Numbered from the stretch's first letter, positions 18,140 to 27,237 are shown. The stretch: 64,000 nucleotides of DNA from an uncultured Gemmatimonadales bacterium (GCA_963771275.1 CAVYSW010000011.1:79123-143122), one strand, 5' to 3'. Notes: a model not told the origin generated them from the letters alone. Translations and numbers: made by a program.

Positions 18140-19720
18140 ATGACGGCCCGAATCTCCGGGGTGGTCGGCGCCACCCTGCTCGCGCTGGCGACGGTGGCCT
18201 CCCCGCGCGCCGCCGCGCAGCAGGGCCGCGTCGCCGTGGTGGTGGACTACATCGCCGGTGCCGACATCTACCTCGCGGCGGGGAGCGAGCAGGGTCTCGC
18301 CTCCAATGACACGCTCCTCGTCTACGAGGCCCCGGAGGGCGACCAGGTGGGGCGGTTTTTCGTGGTGAGCGCCACGGCGACCCGGGCCGTCGTCGAGTTC
18401 ATCGGCACCGCATTCCCGGTCACGCGCGGCAAGACGCTCTACGTCCAGCGCACGTCGGCGCACGCGGCCGAGCCGGCCCCGCTCGTCACCGAAGGGCCGG
18501 CGCCCGCCCGGCGGCCGGACGGGCGGTCCGCCTCGCTGCACGGGCGGCTCGCGCTCGAGGCCGACGGCTTCCAGAGCACGACGCTGTGGCAAAGCAACCA
18601 GCTCGAGTCGGAGACGCGCCAGTTCGCCACCCCGTCGCTCGGCCTCCGGGCGGTGGCGACGGACCTCCCAGGCGGGTTCAGCCTGAACACCAACCTCCGA
18701 GCCCAGTATCGCTACAGCAATCCGGCCGTGATCAACCCGGCGTGGGCCGTTCAGGTGTATCAAGCAAGCCTGGCCAAGTCGTTCACCGGCTTCCCGCTGT
18801 ACGTCGAGCTCGGCCGGTTCAGCAATCAGTACACCAACTTCAGCGGCCAATGGGACGGCCTGATGATGCGGCTCGGCGGCCGGCGGGGGTTGGGTGGCGG
18901 CTTCGCCGCCGGGTTCGAGCCCGCGAGCGGCGACCAGGGGCTCTCCACCACGCTGCCCAAGTACTCGGGGTTCCTCACGGTCGACGCCGGCGGCGGGCCG
19001 CTGCGCTACTCCACTTACCTCTCGGCAACCCAGGTGCGCCCGCGGAACGGCCTCCTGGTGCACAGCTACCTCGGGTGGTCGCAGTACCTGCGCGCGCGGC
19101 GGTTCCGGCTGAGCAGTGACGCGCAGGTCGACCGCGACCCCGAGACCAGCAAGTGGGTGGTGACGCGGTTCAACGCCACCGCGTCCATCCCGCTGGCGCG
19201 CGGCCTGGAGATCCACAGCCGCCTGTCCCGGTTCCAGCCCTACGCGTTCTGGCAGACGACGAACCTGATTTCCTACCGGCGCGACCAGGGCAACGTGGGG
19301 CTGTTCTACTTCGGCTCCGGGGGGAGCATCGGCCTCGATGTCACCGCGAACCGGTTCGCCGCGAGCGACACGACCGCGCGCGAGACGAGTTACACGTACT
19401 CAGCGTCATTCAGTCTGCTGCGGACGCCCATCCTCGGACTCGACTGGAGCGCCTCGGGGAGCTACTGGACCCAGAGCGGGAGCAAGTCGCTCTACGCCAC
19501 CGCGGGGCTCGCCCGGAGCTTCGGGCGGGTGCATTCGCGCGCGTCCTACCAGCTCTACCGCTCCCAGAGCGCCACGCTGACGTCGGTGAGCCACAGTGTG
19601 GACGCCGGCCTGTCGTTCCCGCTGGCGCGAAGCCTCTACGCGACGTTCCAGGGACGGATGCAGCGCGGCGGGGACCTCCATACCAGCGGACTGTATTTCG
19701 GTCTGTGGACGAGCTTCTGA
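18140..19720 (+). CDS. Outer-membrane beta-barrel protein (putative porin of a porin-cytochrome complex)
   Basis: Signal peptide. Many amphipathic aromatic-rich beta strands. C-terminal beta-signal LYFGLWTSF. Confidence 0.8.
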   Translation: MTARISGVVGATLLALATVASPRAAAQQGRVAVVVDYIAGADIYLAAGSEQGLASNDTLLVYEAPEGDQVGRFFVVSATATRAVVEFIGTAFPVTRGKTLYVQRTSAHAAEPAPLVTEGPAPARRPDGRSASLHGRLALEADGFQSTTLWQSNQLESETRQFATPSLGLRAVATDLPGGFSLNTNLRAQYRYSNPAVINPAWAVQVYQASLAKSFTGFPLYVELGRFSNQYTNFSGQWDGLMMRLGGRRGLGGGFAAGFEPASGDQGLSTTLPKYSGFLTVDAGGGPLRYSTYLSATQVRPRNGLLVHSYLGWSQYLRARRFRLSSDAQVDRDPETSKWVVTRFNATASIPLARGLEIHSRLSRFQPYAFWQTTNLISYRRDQGNVGLFYFGSGGSIGLDVTANRFAASDTTARETSYTYSASFSLLRTPILGLDWSASGSYWTQSGSKSLYATAGLARSFGRVHSRASYQLYRSQSATLTSVSHSVDAGLSFPLARSLYATFQGRMQRGGDLHTSGLYFGLWTSF

Positions 19721-19721
19721 C

Positions 19722-21029
19722 ATGTCGGACACGCTGCTGATCGGGGCGGTCGGCGCCGTACTCGTGCTCCTCGTCATGGTGCCGTTCTACCGCCGGCAGC
19801 GGAACCTCGAGCGCACGACCGCCGAGGCGGAGCAGCTCGCCAAGCGCTACGGGCTGAACGAGCCCCTCTCGCTCCACCCGGTGGTGGACGTCGGCGGGTG
19901 CATCGGGACGGGCAACTGCGTATCGGTCTGCCCCGAGGGCGACGTCTTGGGGTTCCGCCACGGCCAGGCCTTCGTCGTGAGCCCCGCCCGCTGCATCGGG
20001 CACGGCCTGTGCGAGCGGGCCTGCCCCACCGAGGCGATCCAGCTGGTGTTCGGATCCGCCAAGCGGGGCGTGGAGATTCCGCGGGTCAAGCAGAACTTCG
20101 AGAGCAACGTCCCCGGCCTCTACATCATCGGGGAGCTCGGCGGCATGGGGCTGATCCGCAACGCGTTCGAGCAGGGTCGTCAGTGCATCGAGGGCATCGC
20201 GCGCGAGGCCAAGGGGTCGGGCGACGCGCTCGACGTCCTGATCGTGGGCTGCGGGCCGGCAGGCCTGTCCGCGTCGTTGCACTGCCTGCACCACAGCCTC
20301 CGCTTCGCGACGCTCGAAAAGGAGGACATCGGCGGGACGGTGCGCTACTACCCGCGGAAGAAGATCGTGATGACCAGCACCGTGAAGGTGCCGGGCTACG
20401 GGAAGCTCGACTTCCGCGAGATCAGCAAGGAGGAGCTGATCGACATCTGGGAGGACATCGTCGAGCGCACCCAGCTCAAGGTGAACATCGGGGAGACGGT
20501 CACCGGCGTGGCGCGGGGATCGGACGGGTGCTTCACGGTCACCAGCGGCACCAGGACCTACAAGACGCGGCGGGTGGTGCTGGCGATCGGGCGGCGGGGC
20601 GTGCCCCGCAAGCTCGGAGTCCCGGGGGAGGAGCTTCCCAAGGTGATCTACTCGCTGCACGAGCCCGAGGCGTATCAGAAGGACCGCATCCTGGTGGTCG
20701 GCGGCGGCGACTCGGCCGTGGAGGCCGCGCTCGCGCTGTCCGACCAGCCGGGCAACGAGGTGAAGATGTCCTACCGCGGCGAGCAGTTCAGCCGCATCAA
20801 GCCGGGCAACCTCCAGCGGGTGGAAGAGGCCATCGCGCGGCGCCGCGTCGAGGTGTTGTGGCAGACGAACGTGGTCGAGATCACGCCCAAGACGGTGGTC
20901 TGCAAGAACGGCGGCGAGCCGCTGGCGCTCCCCAACGACGTCGTCGCGGTGTTCGCCGGCGGCGAGCTGCCGCTCAAGTTCCTCGAGAGCTGCGGCGTCC
21001 AGGTGGACCGGAAGTTCGGCGAGCCCTGA
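19722..21029 (+). CDS. Membrane-anchored 4Fe-4S dicluster / FAD-NAD(P)H oxidoreductase (TrxB/YpdA-like)
   Basis: N-terminal TM helix. CIGTGNCVSVCP and CIGHGLCERACP. VPGLYIIGE, DVLIVGCGPAG, VLAIG, VVGGGDSAVEAA..SYR. Confidence 0.85.
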   Translation: MSDTLLIGAVGAVLVLLVMVPFYRRQRNLERTTAEAEQLAKRYGLNEPLSLHPVVDVGGCIGTGNCVSVCPEGDVLGFRHGQAFVVSPARCIGHGLCERACPTEAIQLVFGSAKRGVEIPRVKQNFESNVPGLYIIGELGGMGLIRNAFEQGRQCIEGIAREAKGSGDALDVLIVGCGPAGLSASLHCLHHSLRFATLEKEDIGGTVRYYPRKKIVMTSTVKVPGYGKLDFREISKEELIDIWEDIVERTQLKVNIGETVTGVARGSDGCFTVTSGTRTYKTRRVVLAIGRRGVPRKLGVPGEELPKVIYSLHEPEAYQKDRILVVGGGDSAVEAALALSDQPGNEVKMSYRGEQFSRIKPGNLQRVEEAIARRRVEVLWQTNVVEITPKTVVCKNGGEPLALPNDVVAVFAGGELPLKFLESCGVQVDRKFGEP

Positions 21030-21036
21030 CCACGCG

Positions 21037-22851
21037 CTACCGGCGCGCCACCAGCAGGATCCCCTCGTAGCTCGAGATCGTCAGGCTGTCGGCCCCGCCC
21101 TGCCCGGCGATCATGCGCAGGTAGAACGCCGCCCGGCCGGCCGGCGTCTCCCGCTCGAGATGGAGCAGATCCGCAGGCAGCCCGTCGGGACCGGACCCGC
21201 CGTGCCCCGTCGCCCGCAGCGTCTGGATCAAGCTGTCGAGCGGCAGGGCCACCAGCGGTCTCGCGTCGTCGTAGACCACGAGCGCCAGCCCGCCGCGCGC
21301 CGGGGCTACCCGGAAGCCGGCGCCCGGGGTGAGCGAGTCGAAGCGCCCGCGCGTGACGGAGAACACCGCGTCGTAGCCGGCGACCGGGATCGCGACGTTC
21401 TTGAGGTCCGACCCATAGCGGAACTCCATGTTGGGCCCCGGCATCGCCCAGCGGCTCACGTAGCCCACGTTGAGCGCCCGGGCGATGAGCTCCGCCCGCG
21501 CCTCGACGTCTCCCGATGCGGCCGTCCCGTGCGCGACGGTGTCGATCCGCCCGAGCGAGTCGCCAAACCACGGCGCGATCGCCCCGGTGCCATGGGTTTC
21601 CACGAGGTACCGCAGGACGGCAGAGATCTCGCGCCGGTCGGCTTCGGACGGCTGGGCCTCCGCCCGGTGAGCCGTTCCCGCCACCATCACGCCGTTCCGC
21701 TCGAGCAGGGCCGCCAGCCGCCCCACCTGGCTCGACTCGGACACCCGGTAGGCACTCCACGGGCCGAACAGCGTGAGCACGGCGACGGCACAGAGCGACG
21801 CGGGTATCACCTTGATGTTCCGGGACCGCGTGAGCAGCGCGTGCACCGCGATGCCGGCGAGCCAGAGCGACAGCACGCTGAGGAAGTAGCGTGGCTCCGT
21901 GATGCCGTACTGCTGGACGCGCTGCCAGATGGCAACCCACAGCATCGCGATCGCCGGCAGCAGGGCCAGGTAGAATCCGCGCGCGTAAACCGCCACCCAG
22001 CGATTCGCGGCCTCGCCCGCCACGGGATGGACCAGCAGCAGCGAGAAGATCCCCACCGCCGCGACGCTCGAGACCAGCCACCCGATCCAGCCGCTCGGCC
22101 AGTTCCAGGTCACCACGACCTTGACCAGGTAGACGGTGAGAATCACGAGGTAGACGGCGACGATCGGGAGCAGGGCGTACTGCGTGAACGCCTTGATGCC
22201 GGCGGGGTAGCCGTGCGACGCGTCGAGCGCCCCAAAGTCGCGCGGCACGCCACCCAGGAAGAACCACGTGTTGAACACGAAGCCGAGCACGAACCACAGG
22301 CGCAGGTAGCCGGTCCCCGGCACGCCCACGCCGAACAGCTTGTCGATCGCCGCGAGCGCGATCGCCGCACCGGCGTACAGCACGACCGTGTACAGCGCGC
22401 TCACGATCGCGCGCTCCAGTAGCGTGCGGTTGTATTGCCAGAATCCGTTGCGCTCGGCCCGGCCCACGTACGGCAGGAACGCGACCAGCAGGTGGCAGGC
22501 CGCGCTCGCCTGCACGTAGCGCCCGAACCGGACGGGCTCCGACCAGTGACCCCAGGCCACCGCGAACCACGCCAGCAGCCCGATCGCCGCCAGGCTCACG
22601 ACCCCGTTCGGCACGCGCCCCCACGCGCGGCGCTCGCCGGCGAGCGCCAGGGCCACGAACAGCGGGATGCCGAGCGTCGCCACGGCCAGCAGCCGGACGT
22701 TCTGCTCGGGGTCGCCGAGCTCGTCGGGGATCCGGATCGCGAAGACCGCCGACACGGTCGCGGCCAGCAGCACGAGCGGAAAGCGCAGCAGCGCCTCGCG
22801 CGCCCCCCGCACGATCGGCTCCAGCGTCGGCAGCACACCACGCAGTGTCAT
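21037..22851 (-). CDS. DUF4153-like multi-pass membrane protein
   Basis: RFP N-terminus, FWQYN, IDKLF, RVQQYGITEPRY, GPWSA..VS..SQ..RL. About 10 TM helices. Confidence 0.8.
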   Translation of the reverse strand: MTLRGVLPTLEPIVRGAREALLRFPLVLLAATVSAVFAIRIPDELGDPEQNVRLLAVATLGIPLFVALALAGERRAWGRVPNGVVSLAAIGLLAWFAVAWGHWSEPVRFGRYVQASAACHLLVAFLPYVGRAERNGFWQYNRTLLERAIVSALYTVVLYAGAAIALAAIDKLFGVGVPGTGYLRLWFVLGFVFNTWFFLGGVPRDFGALDASHGYPAGIKAFTQYALLPIVAVYLVILTVYLVKVVVTWNWPSGWIGWLVSSVAAVGIFSLLLVHPVAGEAANRWVAVYARGFYLALLPAIAMLWVAIWQRVQQYGITEPRYFLSVLSLWLAGIAVHALLTRSRNIKVIPASLCAVAVLTLFGPWSAYRVSESSQVGRLAALLERNGVMVAGTAHRAEAQPSEADRREISAVLRYLVETHGTGAIAPWFGDSLGRIDTVAHGTAASGDVEARAELIARALNVGYVSRWAMPGPNMEFRYGSDLKNVAIPVAGYDAVFSVTRGRFDSLTPGAGFRVAPARGGLALVVYDDARPLVALPLDSLIQTLRATGHGGSGPDGLPADLLHLERETPAGRAAFYLRMIAGQGGADSLTISSYEGILLVARR

Positions 22852-22885
22852 CGTTCCCCTCCGCTCCTCCCGCGTCGCGCCGTCA

Positions 22886-23986
22886 TCACGTCCCGCCGAG
22901 CACCTTCCCACCGAGCGTCACCGGCTGCCGGCGCGTACCCCAGGCCCCGGGGGGCCCGTCGAACACGCCGGCGCATTCCGCTCGGCAGGCCACGCACCGC
23001 CCGTCGGCCGTGAGCGCCCATGCGTCGATCGTGTACCCGTCCCGCACGATCAACGGCGCGCCGCAGCCGTGGCAGTACGTCGTGCCGCCCTCCAGGTCCC
23101 GCACATTCCCCGTGTAGACGTAGCGCGCGCCGTTCGCGCGGGCGATCTGCCGCGCCCGGCGTAGCGTCGCGGGCGGCGTGGGCGGCGCGTCGAACATCTT
23201 CCAGTCGGGATGGAACGCGGTGAAGTGGAGCGGCACGTCCGGGCCCAGCTCCTCGACCACCCAGCGGCTCAGCCCCTCCAGCTCCTCGTCCGTGTCGTTC
23301 TCACCGGGGATCACCAGGTTCGTGATCTCGAGCCAGACGTCGGTCTCGTGCCGGATGTAGCGCAGCGTCTCCAGCACCGGCTCGAGCCGCGCCGCGCACA
23401 GCTCGTGGTAGAACCGGTCGGTGAACGCCTTGAGATCGACGTTCGCCGCATCCATGTGACGGTAGAACTCGACCCGCGGCTCCGCGCACATGTAGCCCGC
23501 CGTCACCGCCACGGCACGGATCCCCCGCTCGTGGCAGGCCTGGGCCACGTCGATCGCGTACTCGTGGAAGATCACCGGATCGTTGTACGTGAACGCGACG
23601 CTGCGGCAGCCGAGCCGCTCGGCGGCCGCCGCGATCCCCTCGGGCGAGGCACTGTCGGCCAGGGTGTCGATCTCGCGCGACTTGCTGATGTCCCAGTTCT
23701 GGCAGAAGCGGCAGGCGAGGTTGCAGCCCGCCGTGCCGAACGACAGGATCGGCGTCCCGGGCAGGAAGTGGTTGAGCGGTTTCTTCTCGACGGGATCCAC
23801 ACAGAACCCGCTCGAGCGCCCGTAGGTGGTGAGCACCACCTCGCCGCCCTCGCAGGCCCGTACGAAGCACATGCCCCGCTGCCCGTCGTGCAGCTTGCAG
23901 AACCGGGGGCAGAGATCGCACTGGACCCGGCCGCCCTCCAGCCGATGCCAGTACTTCGTCGGGACTACGGTGCCGGAGATGGTCAT
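22886..23986 (-). CDS. amrS: AmmeMemoRadiSam system radical SAM enzyme
   Basis: CDLCPRFC, DPVEKKPLNHFLPG, GCNLACRFCQNWDIS, AFTYNDP, ANVDLKAF, FHPD, YVYTGN, TYCxxC. Confidence 0.92.
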   Translation of the reverse strand: MTISGTVVPTKYWHRLEGGRVQCDLCPRFCKLHDGQRGMCFVRACEGGEVVLTTYGRSSGFCVDPVEKKPLNHFLPGTPILSFGTAGCNLACRFCQNWDISKSREIDTLADSASPEGIAAAAERLGCRSVAFTYNDPVIFHEYAIDVAQACHERGIRAVAVTAGYMCAEPRVEFYRHMDAANVDLKAFTDRFYHELCAARLEPVLETLRYIRHETDVWLEITNLVIPGENDTDEELEGLSRWVVEELGPDVPLHFTAFHPDWKMFDAPPTPPATLRRARQIARANGARYVYTGNVRDLEGGTTYCHGCGAPLIVRDGYTIDAWALTADGRCVACRAECAGVFDGPPGAWGTRRQPVTLGGKVLGGT

Positions 23987-24216
23987 GCGCGTCCCCCGGA
24001 CGGTGCGGCTCCTCTTCAAGGTTACGCCATGTGGGGGTGCAGGGATAGAGGGGATAGTACGGAGAGAAGGAGCAGAGGGGGAGAGGCCCGGTGGAGGTGC
24101 CAGGAGGCCGCTCAGAGCGGCCACTCGGCCCGTTCTGCCCGATGAAACGGGCAGCGCGCCCCGTCGCCCTCGCGCGACAGACCGCGCCGAGTCGCGGCTT
24201 GAGCCGCATCCCAATG

Positions 24217-24292
24217 CCTCTCTGCCCCTCTGCCCCTCTCCTCTGCCGCTTCTACCGCTCCTGCCGCTCCTGCCGCTACTGCCGCTACTGCC
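24217..24292. repeat. Short 8-bp and 9-bp tandem repeats just downstream of the ALDH stop
   Basis: (ctctgccc)x2, then ctgccgctt/ctaccgctc/ctgccgctc/ctgccgcta/ctgccgcta at 24243-24287. Confidence 0.7.
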
Positions 24293-25859
24293 CGAAGACA
24301 ATCCCCTGCGCCAGCGGCAGGTCCGTGCTCCAGTTGACCGTGTTGGTTTGGCGGCGCATGTAGACCTTCCATGCATCCGAGCCGGACTCGCGCCCGCCAC
24401 CCGTCTCCTTCTCGCCGCCGAATGCGCCGCCGATCTCGGCGCCACTGGTCCCGATGTTGACGTTGGCGATGCCGCAGTCCGAGCCCCGCGCCGCCAGGAA
24501 CGCCTCGGCCTCACGCACGTGCTCGGTGAAGATCGCCGAGGAGAGCCCCTGCGGCACCCCGTTGTGCAGCGCGATCGCCTGCCCGATCTCGGCCACCGCC
24601 TGCTGCGGCGTCGCGGCTTGCCTGCCGTAGGTGATGATGTAGAGGATCGGCGCGAACGTCTCCTCCTGGACGATCCCGTACTCGTTCTTCGCCGCCGCGA
24701 TGCACGGCCGCACGTAGTGCCCGCCGGGATACTGCGGCCCGCTCAGCGTCTCGCCGCCGTAGAGCACCTCCCCACCCTCCTCCTTGAGCCGCTTCAGGGC
24801 GTGCTGCATGTCCCGCACGGCGTCCGGGGTCACCAGCGGGCCCATCAGCGTGCCCGTCTTCCGCGGATCGCCGATCGGAACCCCCTCGTACGCCTTCACC
24901 AGCCGGCGCACCAGCTCGTCCCTCACCGAGGCGTGCACGATGATGCGGCGCGTCGTGGTGCAGCGCTGGCCCGCCGTGCCCACCGCCCCGAACAGGATCG
25001 CCCGGAGCGCCAGGTCCAGATTGGCGCTTGGGCTGACGATGATGGCGTTGTTGCCGCCCAGCTCGAGAATCGTCCGGCCGAGTCGCTTGCCCACCACCTC
25101 GCCCACCCGGTACCCCATCTGCGAGCTGCCGGTGAACGAGATCAACGGGATGCGGCGGTCGTGCAGGATCTTCTCCCCCACCGTCGAGCCCTTGCCGATC
25201 ACCAGGGAGAAGATGGCCGGGTCCACACCGTTCTCGACGCACACCTGCTGCGCGATCTTCGTGGTGGCGATCGCGGTGAGCGGCGTCTTGCTCGAGGGCT
25301 TCCACAGCACGGCGTCGCCGCACGCGCACGCGAGCGCCGTGTTCCAGCTCCACACGGCCGTGGGGAAGTTGAACGACGTGATCACGCCGACCACGCCGAG
25401 CGGGTGCCACTGCTCGAACATGCGGTGGTCCGGCCGCTCGGACTGGATCGTGAGGCCGTAGAGCTGCCGCGAGAGCCCCACCGCGAAGTCGCAGATGTCG
25501 ATCATCTCCTGCACCTCGCCCTCACCCTCGGGCAGGATCTTCCCCATCTCGAGCGTCACGAGCGCACCCAGCTCGTGCTTCATCTCGCGCAGCCGGTTCC
25601 CCAGCTGGCGGATCAGGTCGCCGCGCCTGGGCGCCGGCACGTTGCGCCAGGTGAGAAACGCCTGGTGCGCCCGCTGGAGGATCTCCTCGTACTCGGCCTC
25701 GGTCACCTGCCTGACCGCCGCGATGCGCGAGCCATCGATCGGCGTGATGACGTCGAGCACCGGGCCCGAGCCGATCCAGTCGCCGCAGAATCCGCCGAGG
25801 TTCTGGTCCTCGATGCCGAGGGCCGCGAGCGCGTCGGGCCGTGCTGCCGTGGTCGTCAT
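24285..25859 (-). CDS. Aldehyde dehydrogenase family 7 (piperideine-6-carboxylate dehydrogenase-like)
   Basis: GEVQEMIDICDFAVGLSRQLYG, FNFPTAVW, FTGS, LELGGNN, GTAGQRCT, GSDCGIANVNIGTSGAEIGGAFGGEKETG. Confidence 0.92.
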   Translation of the reverse strand: MTTTAARPDALAALGIEDQNLGGFCGDWIGSGPVLDVITPIDGSRIAAVRQVTEAEYEEILQRAHQAFLTWRNVPAPRRGDLIRQLGNRLREMKHELGALVTLEMGKILPEGEGEVQEMIDICDFAVGLSRQLYGLTIQSERPDHRMFEQWHPLGVVGVITSFNFPTAVWSWNTALACACGDAVLWKPSSKTPLTAIATTKIAQQVCVENGVDPAIFSLVIGKGSTVGEKILHDRRIPLISFTGSSQMGYRVGEVVGKRLGRTILELGGNNAIIVSPSANLDLALRAILFGAVGTAGQRCTTTRRIIVHASVRDELVRRLVKAYEGVPIGDPRKTGTLMGPLVTPDAVRDMQHALKRLKEEGGEVLYGGETLSGPQYPGGHYVRPCIAAAKNEYGIVQEETFAPILYIITYGRQAATPQQAVAEIGQAIALHNGVPQGLSSAIFTEHVREAEAFLAARGSDCGIANVNIGTSGAEIGGAFGGEKETGGGRESGSDAWKVYMRRQTNTVNWSTDLPLAQGIVFGQ

Positions 25860-26052
25860 AGGCCTGCGTCCATCTCAAGGTGGTGTAGGCCGGGGCGCCG
25901 CGCGTTTCGTGGTGGCGCCTCTGTCCGGGAAAGTTAGCCAGCCGCCGCGCCGCCGCACACGGCGGCCGCAGGTCGGTCGATCTGGCCAAGGTGGGTACAC
26001 CGAGCCCAGAATTGAGGTACGCCGAGTTTCTCCCGTGCCCATTGGAGGACCC

Positions 26053-27237
26053 ATGCTCTCCCGCCCGGTGCTCTCTGCCTTCGCGCTCCTCTGCGGCATC
26101 GCGTTGCGGCCCGATTCCCTCGCGCCGCAGGCCAAGCCCCTCGACGGGCTCGCCGGGACCCCGCCGATGGGCTGGAACAGCTGGAACAGGTTCGCCTGCG
26201 ACGTGAGCGAACAGCTGATCCGCGAGACGGCCGACGCGATGGTGGCAAGCGGCATGCAAGACGCGGGGTATCACTATGTCGTGATCGACGACTGCTGGCA
26301 GCTGAGCCGCGACAGCCTCGGCAACGTCGTGGCCGATCCCCAGCGGTTTCCCTCCGGCATCAAGGCGCTCGCCGACTACGTGCACGGCAAGGGCCTCAAG
26401 TTCGGGCTCTACTCGGACGCCGGGATGAAGACCTGTCAGGGACGGCCCGGCGGGCGGGGCTACGAGTTCCAGGATGCCCGGACCTACGCGGCGTGGGGCG
26501 TGGACTACCTCAAGTACGACTGGTGCCACCACGGGACCCAGAACGCCGAGGCGTCGTACCGCCTGATGCGGACGGCGCTGGACCAGGCCGGTCGCCCGAT
26601 CACATTCAGCCTCTGCGAGTGGGGCAGCAACAAGCCGTGGCTCTGGGCCCGCGGCATCGGGCACCTGTGGCGCACCACGGGCGACATCACCGACTGCTTC
26701 GACTGCGACAAGAACGGCTACGGCTGGGCAAGGATCCTCGATCTGCAGGTGGGGCTCGAGGCGTTCGCGGGCCCGGGCGGCTGGAACGACCCCGACATGC
26801 TCGAGGTGGGAAACGGCGGCATGACCGCCACCGAGTACCGCGGCCACTTCAGCTTCTGGGCGCTGCTCGCGGCGCCGCTCATGGCGGGGAACGACCTGCG
26901 AACGATGTCGGCCGAGACGCGGGACATCCTCACCAACCGCGAGGTGGTCGCCATCGATCAGGACCCGCTCGGCCGCCAGGGCCGCAAGGTGCGGGACGAC
27001 GGCGACCAGGAGGTGTGGGCGCGCGAGCTGGCCGACGGGAGCCGCGCCGTGATTCTGTTCAACCGCGGCGCCCAGGAGACGCGGATCGCCGCCAAGTGGC
27101 CGGAGATCGGCTACCCGGCGAAGGTGCCGGCCCTTGTGCGCGACCTGTGGGCACACCGCGACGTGGGGAGGCTCACGGGCAGCTACGAGGCTCTCGTACC
27201 GGCCCACGGCGTGGTGATGGTGCGCGTCACGCCATGA
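26053..27237 (+). CDS. Alpha-galactosidase, glycoside hydrolase family 27
   Basis: TPPMGWNSWN, IDDCW, GVDYLKYDWC, WRTTGDI, WNDPDMLEVG. Signal peptide; RBS GGAGG. Confidence 0.93.
   Translation: MLSRPVLSAFALLCGIALRPDSLAPQAKPLDGLAGTPPMGWNSWNRFACDVSEQLIRETADAMVASGMQDAGYHYVVIDDCWQLSRDSLGNVVADPQRFPSGIKALADYVHGKGLKFGLYSDAGMKTCQGRPGGRGYEFQDARTYAAWGVDYLKYDWCHHGTQNAEASYRLMRTALDQAGRPITFSLCEWGSNKPWLWARGIGHLWRTTGDITDCFDCDKNGYGWARILDLQVGLEAFAGPGGWNDPDMLEVGNGGMTATEYRGHFSFWALLAAPLMAGNDLRTMSAETRDILTNREVVAIDQDPLGRQGRKVRDDGDQEVWARELADGSRAVILFNRGAQETRIAAKWPEIGYPAKVPALVRDLWAHRDVGRLTGSYEALVPAHGVVMVRVTP

Noticed and set aside
18051..18143. 30-codon ORF (MKWFTRAC…) with ATGA overlaps at both ends
   Set aside because: No recognisable features or RBS. 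Better explained as a remnant of the cytochrome 3' end, though translational coupling cannot be excluded.
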